Shown here: positions 51,710 to 64,000 of the stretch, piece by piece
How positions within the stretch are numbered: the stretch's first letter is position 1
Layout: every line of letters starts with the position of its first letter
Assembly: GCF_001447785.1 (NCBI RefSeq)
Contig: NW_015169205.1
Coordinates: forward strand, 281,420-345,419
Reading direction: 5' to 3'
DNA: 64,000 nucleotides
Source of the DNA: Gekko japonicus
Lineage: Eukaryota
The notes under the pieces: model-generated
Databases searched by the model: none
What the model saw: only the letters and a program-made list of their open reading frames with translations
Told to the model about the DNA's origin: nothing
Translations under genes and position numbers: made by a program

Positions 51710-52371
51710 GGGACCAAGACCTTGATACATACCCCAGAGAGCAGAGGTCACAAAATCGACTGGCCCTTCCAGGTCCCAAGGACGATAGGCTAGCTGCAAT
51801 CAAGGCCAGAGCTTTTTCATTGGTGGCTCCATACTGGCGGAACAAGCTCCTGGAAGAGACCAGGGCCCTGCAGGACCTTTTACAGTTCCGCAGGGCTTGC
51901 AAGACAGAGCTCTTCCACCAGGCTTTCAACTAGGAGCCACCACCACTACCATCGCGGTCAGCATTACCGCCTATGCTTACTTACCATCAATGTAATAACA
52001 ACAGTAGCCTGGTCAATTTCAATTTACTTCTACAGTCCTTAGACCAGTCATAGAAAAAGAAGTACACCTTTACAATATTCCAAGATTTTAATGGTGCCTG
52101 GTCTATTACTGATAGCCTGCGCTTGCCAACCAAAACCGAGAAAGACCGACGAGCTGAATATCAAGTGGATCTATAGAATGTATGAAGCCATCTTTGATAT
52201 TATATGTTAACTTCTAGCACTTTAATATATTGTAAGTTAGTTTTAATGAATTGTTGTTTTTATTGTTATTTATTGTTATTGTGTTTTTATGATGTTAGCC
52301 GCCCTGAGCCTGCCTTGGTGGGGAGGGCGGGGTGCAAATTTAAGGAAATAAATAAATAAATAAATAAATAA
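51710..52371 (+). mobile_element. L2 3' end
   Basis: ARAFSLVAPYWRNKL..FRRACKTELF; (AAAT)n tail. Confidence 0.85.
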
Positions 52372-53748
52372 GCCGCTATAACTTTTTCTCAACCTATCTC
52401 TCAGTGTTCTTTTAAGATATTTGTTTGCTTATTTCATTTGTACCCTGTCCTTCTTCCAAACAGGGACTCAAAGTGGGAAAGGGGGTCCAGTTATACTCTC
52501 TCACCCAGGGCTTAAAAAAACTTGGAACCGGTGCTGTTGCTGACTTTACCCCGGAGTACTGTTGTCTCTCCCTCCCTCCCCCCGGCAAAGATTCAGAACG
52601 TTGTGCGCATTCCAGCTACTCACTTTGACTCCAGGCTGACAAATCTATTTGTGCAAGTCCAGGTGAACAGCAAGTACTGCTAGAGGGATCTTGGAATTTT
52701 CACCCTGTTGAGTGCCAACCCTAATTTTATCCTGAAAAGACTTGGCCCTTTGGTCATAAGAGTGGCCTCGCGTGGCTCTCCACCCTCTGCTCATGCCCAC
52801 TGCTTTGCAGGATGGCAGCTTCAATCAGGTGGCTGGATAGGTCAAAGGAAGAGCTGGGACGTTCACATCCAAAAGTCAAGAGAGATGCAGCAGGAACAAA
52901 ACTCTTCCCTTAGCACCGGACTCTTTTCTGCGGAAACAGGCACTTTGCAGCTTGGGGTTCAGGGAAGGGCTCTGACCATCAGCCAAGCGAGGACTGGGCT
53001 TTACGGTGAGGCTGCCTCTACTGAGGCAGTTCCCTTTGACTGAATCTGTGTCTCACTGACCCCTTGCAGGCCCTTAGTGAATGGGATGGAAGACTGCTGC
53101 TATTTCATAACCCAACTGTTTGGCCAGAGAGGCCACAGACTAGCATTCTGGCCCTAGACAGAGGATCCCTGCAGTTTGAGAGGTACATTGTGATGAGTGA
53201 GCCCCGGTCGGAGGGAGTCATACAATCCCTTCAGAAAGGAACCTCTAGTCCAAAGGCCTCCGGCTCATTAACCACAAGTGGTCGCAAGGGAGATGTGGTC
53301 TTTGGCTTTCGTCCCCTCCTGCATTGCAGTTCGCGTTCCAGGCTCTGCAGAGCCGAGGGCCTGATGAGGAATTGGTGGCATTGGTCTCTGTTCTGTGGGC
53401 TCTGTAAAACTTCCAGTAGTGAAACACATAAAAAGAAGGAGGTCTAAACAAGGACAGCGGGGGACCAATTCAAATGTTCTTTCTGCAACGGGGAGGTTTC
53501 TTTGGCATGGGCTGCCCTTGCGCCGTATACTTCCCATACTTGCCATGGATGGCAATCACCAAGGACCCCCGGCCTCCCAAAGGGCTTTTTTGCCCAGGTT
53601 GGTGTGGAAGAACCGGTGGAAGGACTGAAGAAGGAATGCGGGGGGGGGGGGCAGGGAGCTCAGCTTTAGTGATCTAATTTTTTATGTTGAAAGGGTTGGG
53701 ATTCTTTCAAAACCCTTTAAAAGTGGTGAGGGAGAAGCACTTCACTAA

Positions 53749-53967
53749 TAGGGTTGCCAGCTCTGGGTTGGGAAATATCTGGAGATTTTGGGTTTGGAGC
53801 CTGGGGAGGGTGGGGTTTGGAGAAGGGAGGGACCTCAGCAGGGTATAATGCCATAGAGCCCACCCTCCAAAGCAGCCGTTTCCTCCAGGGGAACTGATCT
53901 CTATTGTCTGGAGATCAGTTGTAATAGCAGGAGATCTCCAGGCCCCACCTGGAGGCTGGCAACCCTA
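53749..53967. mobile_element. TAGGGTTGCC-TIR MITE, ~220-bp subfamily
   Basis: TSD TTCACTAA/TTTACTAA; further copies at ~11670-11913, 15869-16061, 18343-18490 (partial) and 61820-62038. Confidence 0.88.
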
Positions 53968-55799
53968 TTTACTAACCAAAGCGGTCTGGGGCCTGTATCC
54001 AGGAAGGAATGCCTCCTTCCGTGTCTGAGATGGGCCAGAGATGCCCCCTGCTGTGTGTTACATTCTTACTGAAAGAAGTGAGAAAGTCTTCCTGGCAAGA
54101 ACGAGAAGCAGGGCCTTCTTTGTTGTGGCACACACTTAGAGGAATTCTCTGCCTAGCTACATTACCTAGCAAGCGTTCATGGTCATCTAAAAACTTTTGC
54201 ATGTGAGAGCGTTTGTCCCATGGCCCGACCTTTGCGTCTTGTCTTCCTATTTTTAATAAGCGTCCCAGGGGATAAGGAGGTCAGAGGTCAAGTGGGAGGG
54301 AGCTGTCAGCCAGTTGGCAGCTGGAAGAAGGCAGCAGTTCCTAGTTGGCCCCCATCACACCCCTGCCACCATTCAGTCCTATCCCAGGTGCAGGCTCAGC
54401 CCTGGCATGGCTTAGCACCAGGGTCTCTGCAGATATGCTGGTGTATCATCCACCTATATTGATAGACCTTAGATTTACACAAGTGTTGGGCTTAATCACC
54501 ATAGCAAGCTGCAAGACTTTGTGGGAAACTCGTGGGGTACCCAGTTTTTCACATCCCCACCATCCCTCACCATAATTGGGATCTAATTGATCCTACTGCC
54601 CTGTTAGTAAAACACTCAGATTACAAACAACAGCAATTACGGTGGGAGATGAGCCTGAAATGTCACAACACACTCCTCCCCTTTATTGTAGTCAAATACA
54701 TGGAGAACAAAATGAAACAGGCTAAAGGTGGTGTGTGTTTTTAATTACATATTTTGATGGTCATTGGTGTCAGCTCTGTCTGATTCCAGGGGTTTCTTTT
54801 AAAAGGAACCAAAGAGGACAAGCAGAAGTCTAGAATGGCAGGAAGTCTCCCGCACCCCAAGTAAAACTTAGAACCTGCCTTTCAAAACTCAGAGGCCCTG
54901 AGACTGCATCTTGGAGTGTGCACAGTATGACCCAGTGGGTGAATCGGGAAGGCACGCCAAGAAGGAAAGATGCAGGAGGAAGATCTTTAGAGATCACAGT
55001 CCCTGGTTGCCAGCTTTTCCCCACCACAAAACCCACCATCCCTCAGCAGTAACTCATCTTGAAATATTATCCTTGGACAGTTGCCTCATTGTAGTAAGGG
55101 AAAGGCAGCTCTCCCTGTTCAAAACACTTGACCCTATGTAGGAAAGGGTGAAAAGGGAATGGGTTTCATCTTTTTTCCAAGCAGAGCTTGGTAGTGTTAT
55201 TTAGTTCTGTCCCCCTTTATGCCCCAAAATCAAGGAAACATTTTACACCCACGGGAAATGAATACAGAAGCTGCCCGATCTGGGTATCCATGTCAGCAGC
55301 AGCCTAATGCTGATTAACTGAGTTATGTGCCATTTATAGAGTTATGTACCATTTTTTCACCATGAACATTTGAAACCGGTTACAAATCTAGATCCAGGTG
55401 GGTAGCCGTGTTGTTCAGAAGCAACGGAACAAAGTTTGGGTCCAGCCAACTCTGTTGGTCTCAAAGGTGCCACCTGACTCAAACTTTGTTCACTTCACAA
55501 ATCGGTTCATCAGAGACAAGTCAATCCAGCATCAGTAAGAGATAACGCAGGCAGCAAAACAGAGGTAAGCACCGTGGCCAGCCAGAGCAAGAGATGGCTT
55601 TGAGGCAGGATCCGAGCCCAAGGCAAAAGACGAGAACATCACCCTTGCCTTGGGCCCACGGGGTAACATGGCTGGTTCCAAGATGAACATCCCTAAGGAG
55701 GGTGTTCTCAAGACGTGGTACCACTCTAGATTAGGCTTTTTCCACCGCCACCTCCCACCTTGCCTTTGAGGGTGGGGGCACCCCACGAAGCACCTCCAG

Positions 55800-56008
55800 T
55801 AATGCTCCCTCTAAGCTGTGGAGTCTTGTGAGCAAAAATTCTACTCTGTGAGCTACGGGCATTAAAGTTGTGAGCGAGAAATTTGGTGACTGCATAAATT
55901 AGTTTTGCTCTGGAGCCCTCCTTCTTGAGCTGAGACAAAAAATGTGTGAGCTGGAGGCTAAAAAAACTGTGAGCTAGCTCGCACTAACTCAGCTTAGAGG
56001 GAACACTG
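55800..56008. mobile_element. hAT MITE family A, copy 5
   Basis: TSD ACCTCCAG. Confidence 0.9.
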
Positions 56009-56548
56009 ACCTCCAGCCATGGGGAAAGCTGCCTTTCAGATTGCCCAGGCCCAATTGCCTAGGGTTTTATAGGTCTAAATCAAAATTTTGAATTGCGCTT
56101 GGAAGCAAACTAGATGCGAGTAGCATTAATCCATTCGTTGCAACAAGTCCCTGTAACCTTGCTGCAGTATTGTGAACCAGTGAATCTTTCCTTTAACACC
56201 CCAAAACTGGGATATGTGTCTGCTGTGCTTATCGACAGGCTCTTTAAGACCTTGATGGCCCCTTCCTTGCTGGTAAAGAAAACTCGAGGAATTTGGCTTG
56301 CTTTCTCCTTGCCTACCTCTGCTCTCCCAGGGAAGATTGAGCTCCAGTCAAGTCAGGGCAGCTTCTGTTGCTTCGATCCATTTGTCTCTTGGGAGGAGAA
56401 GGAGTATGGGAAATTAGCTATGTATTTATTTATTTATTTAATTCAATTTATACCCCACCCTATCCCACAGGTAGGCTCAGGGTGACTTGTGACATGTAGT
56501 CCATAAAACAGTAAAAACAATAAAACAGTTGATGGCACGATAGACAAT

Positions 56549-56829
56549 GGCTGCCGTCACACGAGCGAGAAAATGCGGGCGGGAAGCGAGGCTGTTTTCC
56601 CTGGCCAAACTGACGCGCGTTTGCGCGATCAGACTTCCGGCCGCGCACCCCGCAGTTCCGTATACTAGAAGGTTTTACCCGGGGGCTTTTTTCTACGCTC
56701 CTGCGGCACGATATGACGCCCCGTTGACGACTCCGGGATGCTGGACAGATGTGTCTGTCTGATCGCGCCCCTTTACTCCATGGGGGAATCGCACCGTTGC
56801 CACTGCTTTTGGTACGTATGATCGCACCC
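56549..56829. mobile_element. CpG-rich MITE with 3-bp TSD (PIF/Harbinger-like)
   Basis: Imperfect TIR ggctgccgtcacacg / cgtatgatcgcaccc; TSD AAT. Confidence 0.55.
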
Positions 56830-59538
56830 AATATAGGTGCTCCAGTGACCAGCTCCAGCTGTGAATCTGCCTTTGGAGCAGGAACAAATGGGAACAAAAA
56901 TACTAACTTCACACCCGTGATGATGGGCTTTGGCCACACAGGAATGAATCCTGGGGATGTAGTGGCTGGCTCCCCAAAGAAGACATCCTACGGTGTTGCA
57001 AAAATGTGGCAAAGAGCACACTCAGTCTTGAGAACATTAAGAAAGGAACCAAAAGTTGAACAGTCAGTGTTGTGATGTTGTCACCTACATCTTAAGGACA
57101 GCCACAGTTAGATTGCTAAGGGTTCCGCTTCTGATTGCCTTGTCTCAGGATGGTGATCCAGGAGCTGCAGATGGTACAGGAAAGGTCTCCTAAAACTTTC
57201 AAGAAATGATGACAACTTCCCTAGGAGGAAACCAACTAAGAAGGGATAATACAAGCTTCTACAAATGAATGTTGAAGATGCTGCCCAGATTCTCATTATT
57301 TGAATTTCTCCCATATTTTGGCATTTTGCATGTCTTGGACTGGTTTCAAACTGAAGCTGGAAAATCAGGAATCCTCCGTTATTCTTTTTTGTTATTTCCA
57401 TATTTTGCACACGATACAAACTGGCATAAATTAACAAACAAAATGATGGCATATTTTATTTGCAAGTTGTTATACCAAGACCACATAAAACTAAATGGGT
57501 GCCCAATAATGTTGCAATTGTAGTGGTACTCTCATACCATCTGTGGCAAAACAGGGACCCGCCCTCAGCCCTGGGAGACTGAGCAGCCGCTCTGTGGCTC
57601 GCAAGCCCCTGTTTTTGCCCCCCCACCCTTCCTGGTGGGGCTATTTCCCTTTGTTACATGCTGCCACCACTCACTGGATTGACACCGCCTTCCTAGAGGG
57701 ACAGTGAGACCCCTCTGGCTGATTCCCCAACCCTGGGAAATTGGTACCACTATCTTTGGGCGCCCCCTGGAGAGTTGGCAACCCATCCGAGTTGGCAACC
57801 CAGACAATACAACCTCCTCCTGCACATCTGTAGAGATAAGCATTTCAGCACAGGCAGAACAGCAGAGATAGAAATGCAACAGCAATTACCAAGACACAGA
57901 ATGAACTCCCCAACCCCCATGGCAGCATAGCTGACACTCCCCCACCAAATCACTGCTGTCAGAGTTCTTCCCTCCAAAGAGTGACAGCAGCTGCTGGTGT
58001 CTCTGGGCAGTGCTAACTACTCTGTGGCCTCTGTGGAGAGCCCCAGGAACAGATCAGGGGAAGGAGGTTCCATAGGGTTGCCAAGTCCAAATTAACTTAC
58101 CTCGGGGGAGTCCCACGCCGGTCTGGGAGTCTGTGTGCACCCGGAAGTGACGTCATCACATTGGCACGTTGGGGGCGGGGCCACTTGGATTCGAGGGAAA
58201 ACCATAGAGTTTTCCCTCAAATCATAGAGCGTCCCGCCCCCAACATGGCCAGCATGATGATGTCGCCTCTGGGTGACATCATCACACTGGGGACGGGTGC
58301 CGGAAGGGGGTGGAGTTCCCCCCGGGGCCCGATTTGCTGGCATCGAGGAATGGGCCAGCAACGTGGGGGTTTACCCACCCCCCAGGGGGACTTGGCAAGC
58401 CTAAGGATACTCTGCTTGGTTCCCAGGGATGGGGGCCTATGGTACACAGGGGGTGAAGGACTTCTTCCCCCCACAATGAGCACACTTTGCACCAACTTTC
58501 ACCCTCATGGCACACAAAGGTGTTCACATGCAGGAGGGGTGGGAGGGTATAGATGTGGGAGACCTTTTGAGGGGGTCTGTAACTGGGACCCCAGAAATGT
58601 AATCTGCCCCCAGCTTGGAGAGATTGGAGAGGAGCGGGTGGCTAGGTCCCCTGTGCGTTTGATTAGTGTAGCTTGCAGGGCGTCCATTCTATACATTTTT
58701 GAACCTGTGCCTGACATTTCCCCCCAAAACAGTTTCCTGGTTTGACCTTAGCCCTGTTGGGTTTGCAGTGCCACAGTGTCACTGGTTCTGCTGGGTACAT
58801 TGCACTGCTTCTGCTGGGCTTGCAAAAATGCCCCCACCTTCAGTTTCTACTGCAGAGATTCTTTGGGACTTTGATTCCATTCTGCAGGGCTTTAATTGCT
58901 TTTTTTGCTGTTTTTCCCCTCCATTGGAAACAATGGAGGATGGGGGCGTCTTCTTTGGGGAACTTTACCTTGAACGCCATAAATCCAATCCTCACCAAAC
59001 TTGTAGGGAAGGTATAGGAGAGTCAGCCAGAGATCCCCTGCAAGTTTGGTGTCTCTAGCATGTGAAGAGAGCATTCTACCACATCATGAACCTCACAAAC
59101 CAAACCAATTTGTTTAGGATTTAAAAGCTTGTGACAGTTTGTGGTTTGCGAAATGGGTACACCATGAACTGAACCGTATTTTCCTGGTTTATGCCCATCC
59201 CTAATAAATACAGCTTTGAGTCTGGTTTCTGGAGAATAGTGGGACAATTATTTTAAATAAAATAAGTTTGGTGTTTATAACCTGTATTTGAAGTTTGGTG
59301 TTTATAGCCTGCATTCGAAGTTGAAAGTGCTCCCAGATTTGTTCTCAAGATGTGTTTCACAACAGCTGTGCAAGGAAGGATACCGGGGTTTCCATCCAGG
59401 TGGCAGGCTGATGCTCAGAAAGACGGTTCATGAGGGAGATTTGAATCCAGGACTTCACAGTTCAAACCTTTAATCTGCCTGCGTCCTGTGTTTCTGCCTA
59501 TCATGCTGCTGTGGCCATTGCTTTAATAACTGGTCCAG

Positions 59539-59959
59539 CAGGGATCATTTCCTTCAGGAGCGCACAGGAGCGGAGCTCCAGCAGTAAAGAGCCCAGGGGG
59601 CGAGCACATGCAACAAGCCCCACCCCCTGCTCCCAGCAGCCCTCAGTCAGAGCAAGAAGCAGGCAGGTAAGCTGCAGAGCCGCACCTCCCGGTCCAAAAC
59701 AGTCCAGTGGCATCTTTAAGACCAAGTTTTATTCAGGTACAAGCTCTCCCTCCTCTGCGAGGACAGATCTGCACGTTCGCCCCCCCCCCCCCCCCGCCAA
59801 TAGCTAGTGATCCAAAACAATCCAGTGGTGCCTGAGCGGTGGGTGTTGCCTTCTGACATTCTTCCGGTGATGTCGGGGTGGCGGTGGCATATGCAAATAT
59901 TATGCTAATGAGTTATGCTAATGAGCTCCTGCACCTCTTTTTCTACAAAATGACCCCTG
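59539..59959 (-). mobile_element. hAT MITE family B, copy 2 (opposite orientation)
   Basis: TSD TGGTCCAG/TCGTCCAG. Confidence 0.88.
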
Positions 59960-62302
59960 TCGTCCAGTAATAACTGCTCTGGCAAGCATTATAAAATTGT
60001 TGCACAAATGAACTTCACTCCGTGTCGTACAGTTCCGACTGCAAGTGATCCACTGCCCTAGAATCTACTGTCCTAGATCCCAAGTCAGTCAGAAAGGGGG
60101 TGTTGGTTCCAGCTAGGGTTGCCAGCCCCCCTCAGTGCCAGGCTGCCAGGCCCCACTTCCCACCACTGATCAGTTGGCTGGTGGGTGGACTTACCAGGAG
60201 AGAGAGGAAGGCCCAGGCACTGTGACGACGTCACTTCCAGTGCTCACAGGAAGTGTTGTCATCATGCCAGTGCTATTTGGGAGACGCTCTGGTATTTGGG
60301 CAAAAACTCTACGGTAGAAGCCAATTTTTATCATAGAGTTTTTGCCCAAATGCAGAGCATTGCCATGTTGGTGCAGCATGATGATGTCATTTTCAGGACA
60401 CCCTGGAAGTGATGTCGCCATATCACTGGCGATGTCGCCTGGGCCTCCCTCTTGCTCCTGGTAAATCCCCTCCATCTGCCGCCAGATGCCAGGAGAGACC
60501 TGGTAATCCCAACCATCATTTTAAGGAAAGAGACCTAAAGGATTAATCAAGGTCCAGAAAAGTCTTATTCTGCTTGAGAACACCCAGACATAGTTGGAAG
60601 TGTTGAGGAGATATTCAGGTTATACTGGTTTGCTCCTTCATAATTCTGGGTTCCTTCTGCAAAACTCTCAGCTTCCCCCTCCCCCCATCCCCATTTCACC
60701 CAATAAATTGCTGTCTCCCTAAAATGCACGTTAACTTTCCTCAGAGAAGGAAATAACACATTTCTTTGGCTTATTTAATGGACCAGCTGGAGAAAAAGTT
60801 CAGGGGTGTGGCCGTAGACTATGAAAAACATTGAGGGGGAAAAAAAAGAGCACTCTTGCCTCAAATAGCCTCATATTTTCAAGGCTGGAAGTTCCAGCCA
60901 GTAAAAATACAAATCAAATCCAAAGGCAACAGGAAGATGTTGCATCTAAGACAAACCAGGGAAAACAGAGCATAGAAGAATGGGAACTGCAACAGAAGAT
61001 GTCATCAGCCTCTTGGAGAAGGGAAACACCGCAGGGCCGTGGGTGCTTCTAGTAAAGGATTGTGGGAAGTGAACTCTTCAAAGGATTTTATTTTATTTTA
61101 TTTTGCTCCGCTTTGCTGTTCAAAGGCCTTGTGTGGAAACTTGCCTAGAGTTGCAAAGTGAATTCAGGTCCCCCCAAATCAATTTTGAATAGCCTCAGGT
61201 CCCATCTGCAGGCTGGTTTCCCAATCCGTGCTCAAATTAGTTGAGAAATCCAAGAAACATCCCTTAAAACAAACTTTCTGCTGGGATAACTCTCGCGGTG
61301 GAGTCTAGAGCTGACGTGGATAAGTTGTAAAGATCTGATATCTGGCAGTGAAAATGCAAAAGTCCCCCTTTGAAAATTGCGCTTGAATGTAGAATGTGAA
61401 ATGTGAGTTCTTTAAAAGGGGCATCAAAGATGAAATCCTACAAGGTATTAAATACTAAGTGCCATGACTAGTCAATTGCCATATTTAGTCAAGTACTATT
61501 CTCAGAAATATCCTATGTCAACTAGAACTCAGAAGAAACATCCTTTCTGAAACAGGAGAGCTTGTACTTATTGTATTGGAAAAAGAGATTTTCTTGAAAC
61601 AAGTTGGACTCTGACCAAGAAATCCCCCTCCCCCAGGCACCAGTTTGAGCGCTTCCTTCCCCTCTGCCTCTCTGGATCATTCTTTACATCGCTCAAGCAG
61701 AGACCAGTGAGATGCTTCAAGAAAACCCATGAAGACAGCGAGAATGGAACAGTTCTCTCCTGCTCAACATGTGTTAGGTAATATGCATCTGAGTATGGAA
61801 TTTTCATTTATCTAACAACAAGGTTGGGCAGCCTCCAGGTGCGGCCTGGAGATCTCCTGCTTTCACAACTGACCTCCAGACTACGGAGATCAGTTCCCCT
61901 GGAGAAAATGGCTGCTTGGAAGGGTGGACTCTATGGCATTGTACCATGCAGAGGTCCCTCCCCTCCCCAAACCCCACCCTCTCCAAACTCAACTCCCCAA
62001 ATCTCCAGGTATATCCCAACCCAAAGCTGGCAACCCTAGTAACAACTCCTGATAAAACCTGTCCTTTATGAATTTGCCTGAGTGCCATACAGTCAGATAT
62101 CCATAACAGAGCATGCCCACAGTTCTGTTAAATATGAAGAACCATTGATCCTGGATGTAATATCTAGTGTTGAATTCACATAATATTGAATGGCAGACAT
62201 AGATATTCAGTGCTGGGTAAACATTCAGCAAATATTTGAACACTCAGAGAACAAATGGAGTCAACATTCCCAATATATTGAGGAGAGTTTTGGGGAACAG
62301 AC

Positions 62303-62623
62303 CAGGCCCGTAGCTACAGTGGGGCATTTCGGGGCCTGGCCCCCTGATTTCCTGCCACGCCCCCCAACTTCCATCCAGTCCCCAGGTCCCCTGGCTCTGT
62401 GGCCCGTCCAGAGGACTCCCGACTCTCTGGGCTGCCTGGAGGACTCCACACCGCCAACCCCTTCCCCAAGCACAGCTTGCTTCCCTGAGTAGGCAGGCAG
62501 AGTGTGAACGCCACAAAAGTGAGTTTTTAAAATTTTTATTTTTTTACTTTTTATTTTGTGATATCAATGCCCCTCGACTTATTTAAAGCCCCCCCCAAAT
62601 TAAAAAACCTGGCTACAGGCCTA
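62303..62623 (+). mobile_element. hAT MITE family C, copy 2
   Basis: TSD GAACAGAC. Confidence 0.88.
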
Positions 62624-62699
62624 GAACAGACCCAAATTGTTTTAAGGATCGTTTGTAGATTACCAGCTGTCAATCAGGAGACACAGACTCCTAAGTGTG

Positions 62700-62914
62700 T
62701 GTATGTTTGTTTTGCCATCAAGTTGCAACTGATTTATTATGACTCCCATAGGGTTTTCAAGGCAAGAGACATTCAGAGGTAGTTTGCTATTGCCTGCCTC
62801 TACATAACAGCCCTGGTATTCCTCGGTGGTCTCCCATCCTAATACTAACCAGAGCCAACCGTCCTTAGCTTCTGAGATATAACAAAATCGGGCTAGCCTG
62901 GGCTATCCAGGTTA
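62700..62914 (-). mobile_element. 5S rRNA-derived SINE
   Basis: ggtggtctcccatcctaatactaacc...cttagcttctgag. Confidence 0.8.
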
Positions 62915-62974
62915 CCAATATCACTCAGACAGTTTTTTGGAAGGCAGTATGAGAGCCAGTTTGGAAGGCAATAT

Positions 62975-63295
62975 GAGAGCCAGTTTGGTGTAGCGGTTAA
63001 GTGTGCAGACTCTAATCTGGGAGAACAGGGTTTGATTCCCCCCTCCTCCACTTGCACCTGGCTGGATGACCTTGGACAAGCCGTAGTTCTGATAAGAGCT
63101 GTTCTTGAAAAAGAGCAGTCTCTGTCCGAGTTCTCTCAGCCCCACCTACCTCACAGGGTGTCTGTTGTGGGGAGGGGAAGGGAAAGGAGTTTGTAAGCCA
63201 CTCTGAGACACCTTTGGGTAGTGAAGGGCAGGGTATAAATCCAATCTCCTCCTCCTCCTCCTCCTCCTCCTCCTCCTCCTCCTCCTCTTCTTCTT
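62975..63295 (+). mobile_element. tRNA-derived SINE (Squam3-like) with expanded (CCT)n tail
   Basis: Same family; tail microsatellite ~63247-63295. Confidence 0.85.
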
Positions 63296-63966
63296 CAATG
63301 CATAACAAAAATAAACTGAATGGGTTGAATGATACATGAATACATAAGAGAAGGCATGCATGCAAACCCAATAGAAATATGTCTATAGCTGCAGCAAATA
63401 GCATGGGATACCTGAACAGGTAGTGCAAAGCATGAGCAAAGAAAACATGAATCTCCAGTATAGTTCTAAACCATTCTCTAGTAGAGGACACAATAGGTAG
63501 TACAGAGATGAACCATAAACCAGTAGGCATTGTAAAGACACTAGAAACACAAGGTTGCAAACATGAGATGAAGCCTAATGAATGTTAGCTACTCAATATG
63601 TTACACCATTAATTGCCACCCTACCACATTCCTGCCCTGCTACTTATAACTCAGTTTCCTTACTTCCCCCCACATTCATTGTTTACTTTGGTATGCAGGA
63701 GACAGGGAAATCCCATACCCATAACATCTTTCCGGTATCCAGAAACAACATGTCAGTCCAACTCTTCTTGTCGATCATGAGACTGGTCTTCTTGTTCATC
63801 AGATGAGCGCGTGTTTTCTGAGCCACCAGCAATACATTCTGGTGACTGTCAATGAGGAGGTTCTGGTTGGAGTTCAAGGAATTAATTATCATATAGCATT
63901 GTGTGTTGAATAGCCAGGAGATCCTGGAAAGGTTTGTTTGGCTGCCGAAGCTGTAGCTCTTTTTTG

Positions 63967-63985
63967 GCACCACTAGGTGGTGAGC
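63967..63985 (+). promoter_or_regulatory. Candidate CTCF site
   Basis: gcaCCACTAGGTGGTGagc matches the CTCF core CCAC(C/T)AG(G/A)(T/G)GGCG. Confidence 0.5.
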
Positions 63986-64000
63986 TATGCTTATTTTTTG

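Noticed and set aside
51280-52371. Single chimeric L1/L2 head-to-head insertion
   Set aside because: The flanks show no convincing shared TSD; two independent truncated insertions explain it.
63012-63560. ORF with a poly-Glu tract
   Set aside because: Derived from the (CCT)n SINE tail and the SINE body.
47809-64000. Exons of a neighbouring gene such as MON1A (upstream of MST1R in human)
   Set aside because: No ORF with recognisable homology or consistent splice phase was seen; short ORFs such as 47809..48171, 56749..57075 and 63683..63973 look random.

Overview
Vertebrate genomic DNA, most likely a squamate reptile and probably a gecko (inferred from Sauria-, Squam2/Squam3- and 5S-derived SINEs, BovB/RTE, CR1, L2, L1 and Penelope-like relics, and dense hAT MITEs). 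The only intact protein-coding feature I can support is the large first coding exon of MST1R (RON receptor tyrosine kinase; signal peptide, Sema domain, furin site KRRRKR) on the minus strand at 27362-26154. Its CpG-island promoter and candidate non-coding first exon(s) lie near 30.0-30.9 kb. I found no later MST1R exon, so bases 1-26153 appear to be one long intron. That intron carries a decayed, GC-rich KLHL21-like BTB pseudogene. The rest is a TE-rich intron and upstream region: several hAT-type MITE families with 8-bp TSDs, nested insertions, a near-full-length L1 with captured BovB and LTR sequence, a 5'-inverted RTE-X-like LINE, and Penelope-like ends with mutated minimal hammerhead-ribozyme cores. 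I did not find a convincing novel gene system; the findings are mostly regulatory hypotheses and TE-mechanism signatures. All family names come from recalled motifs, not database searches.
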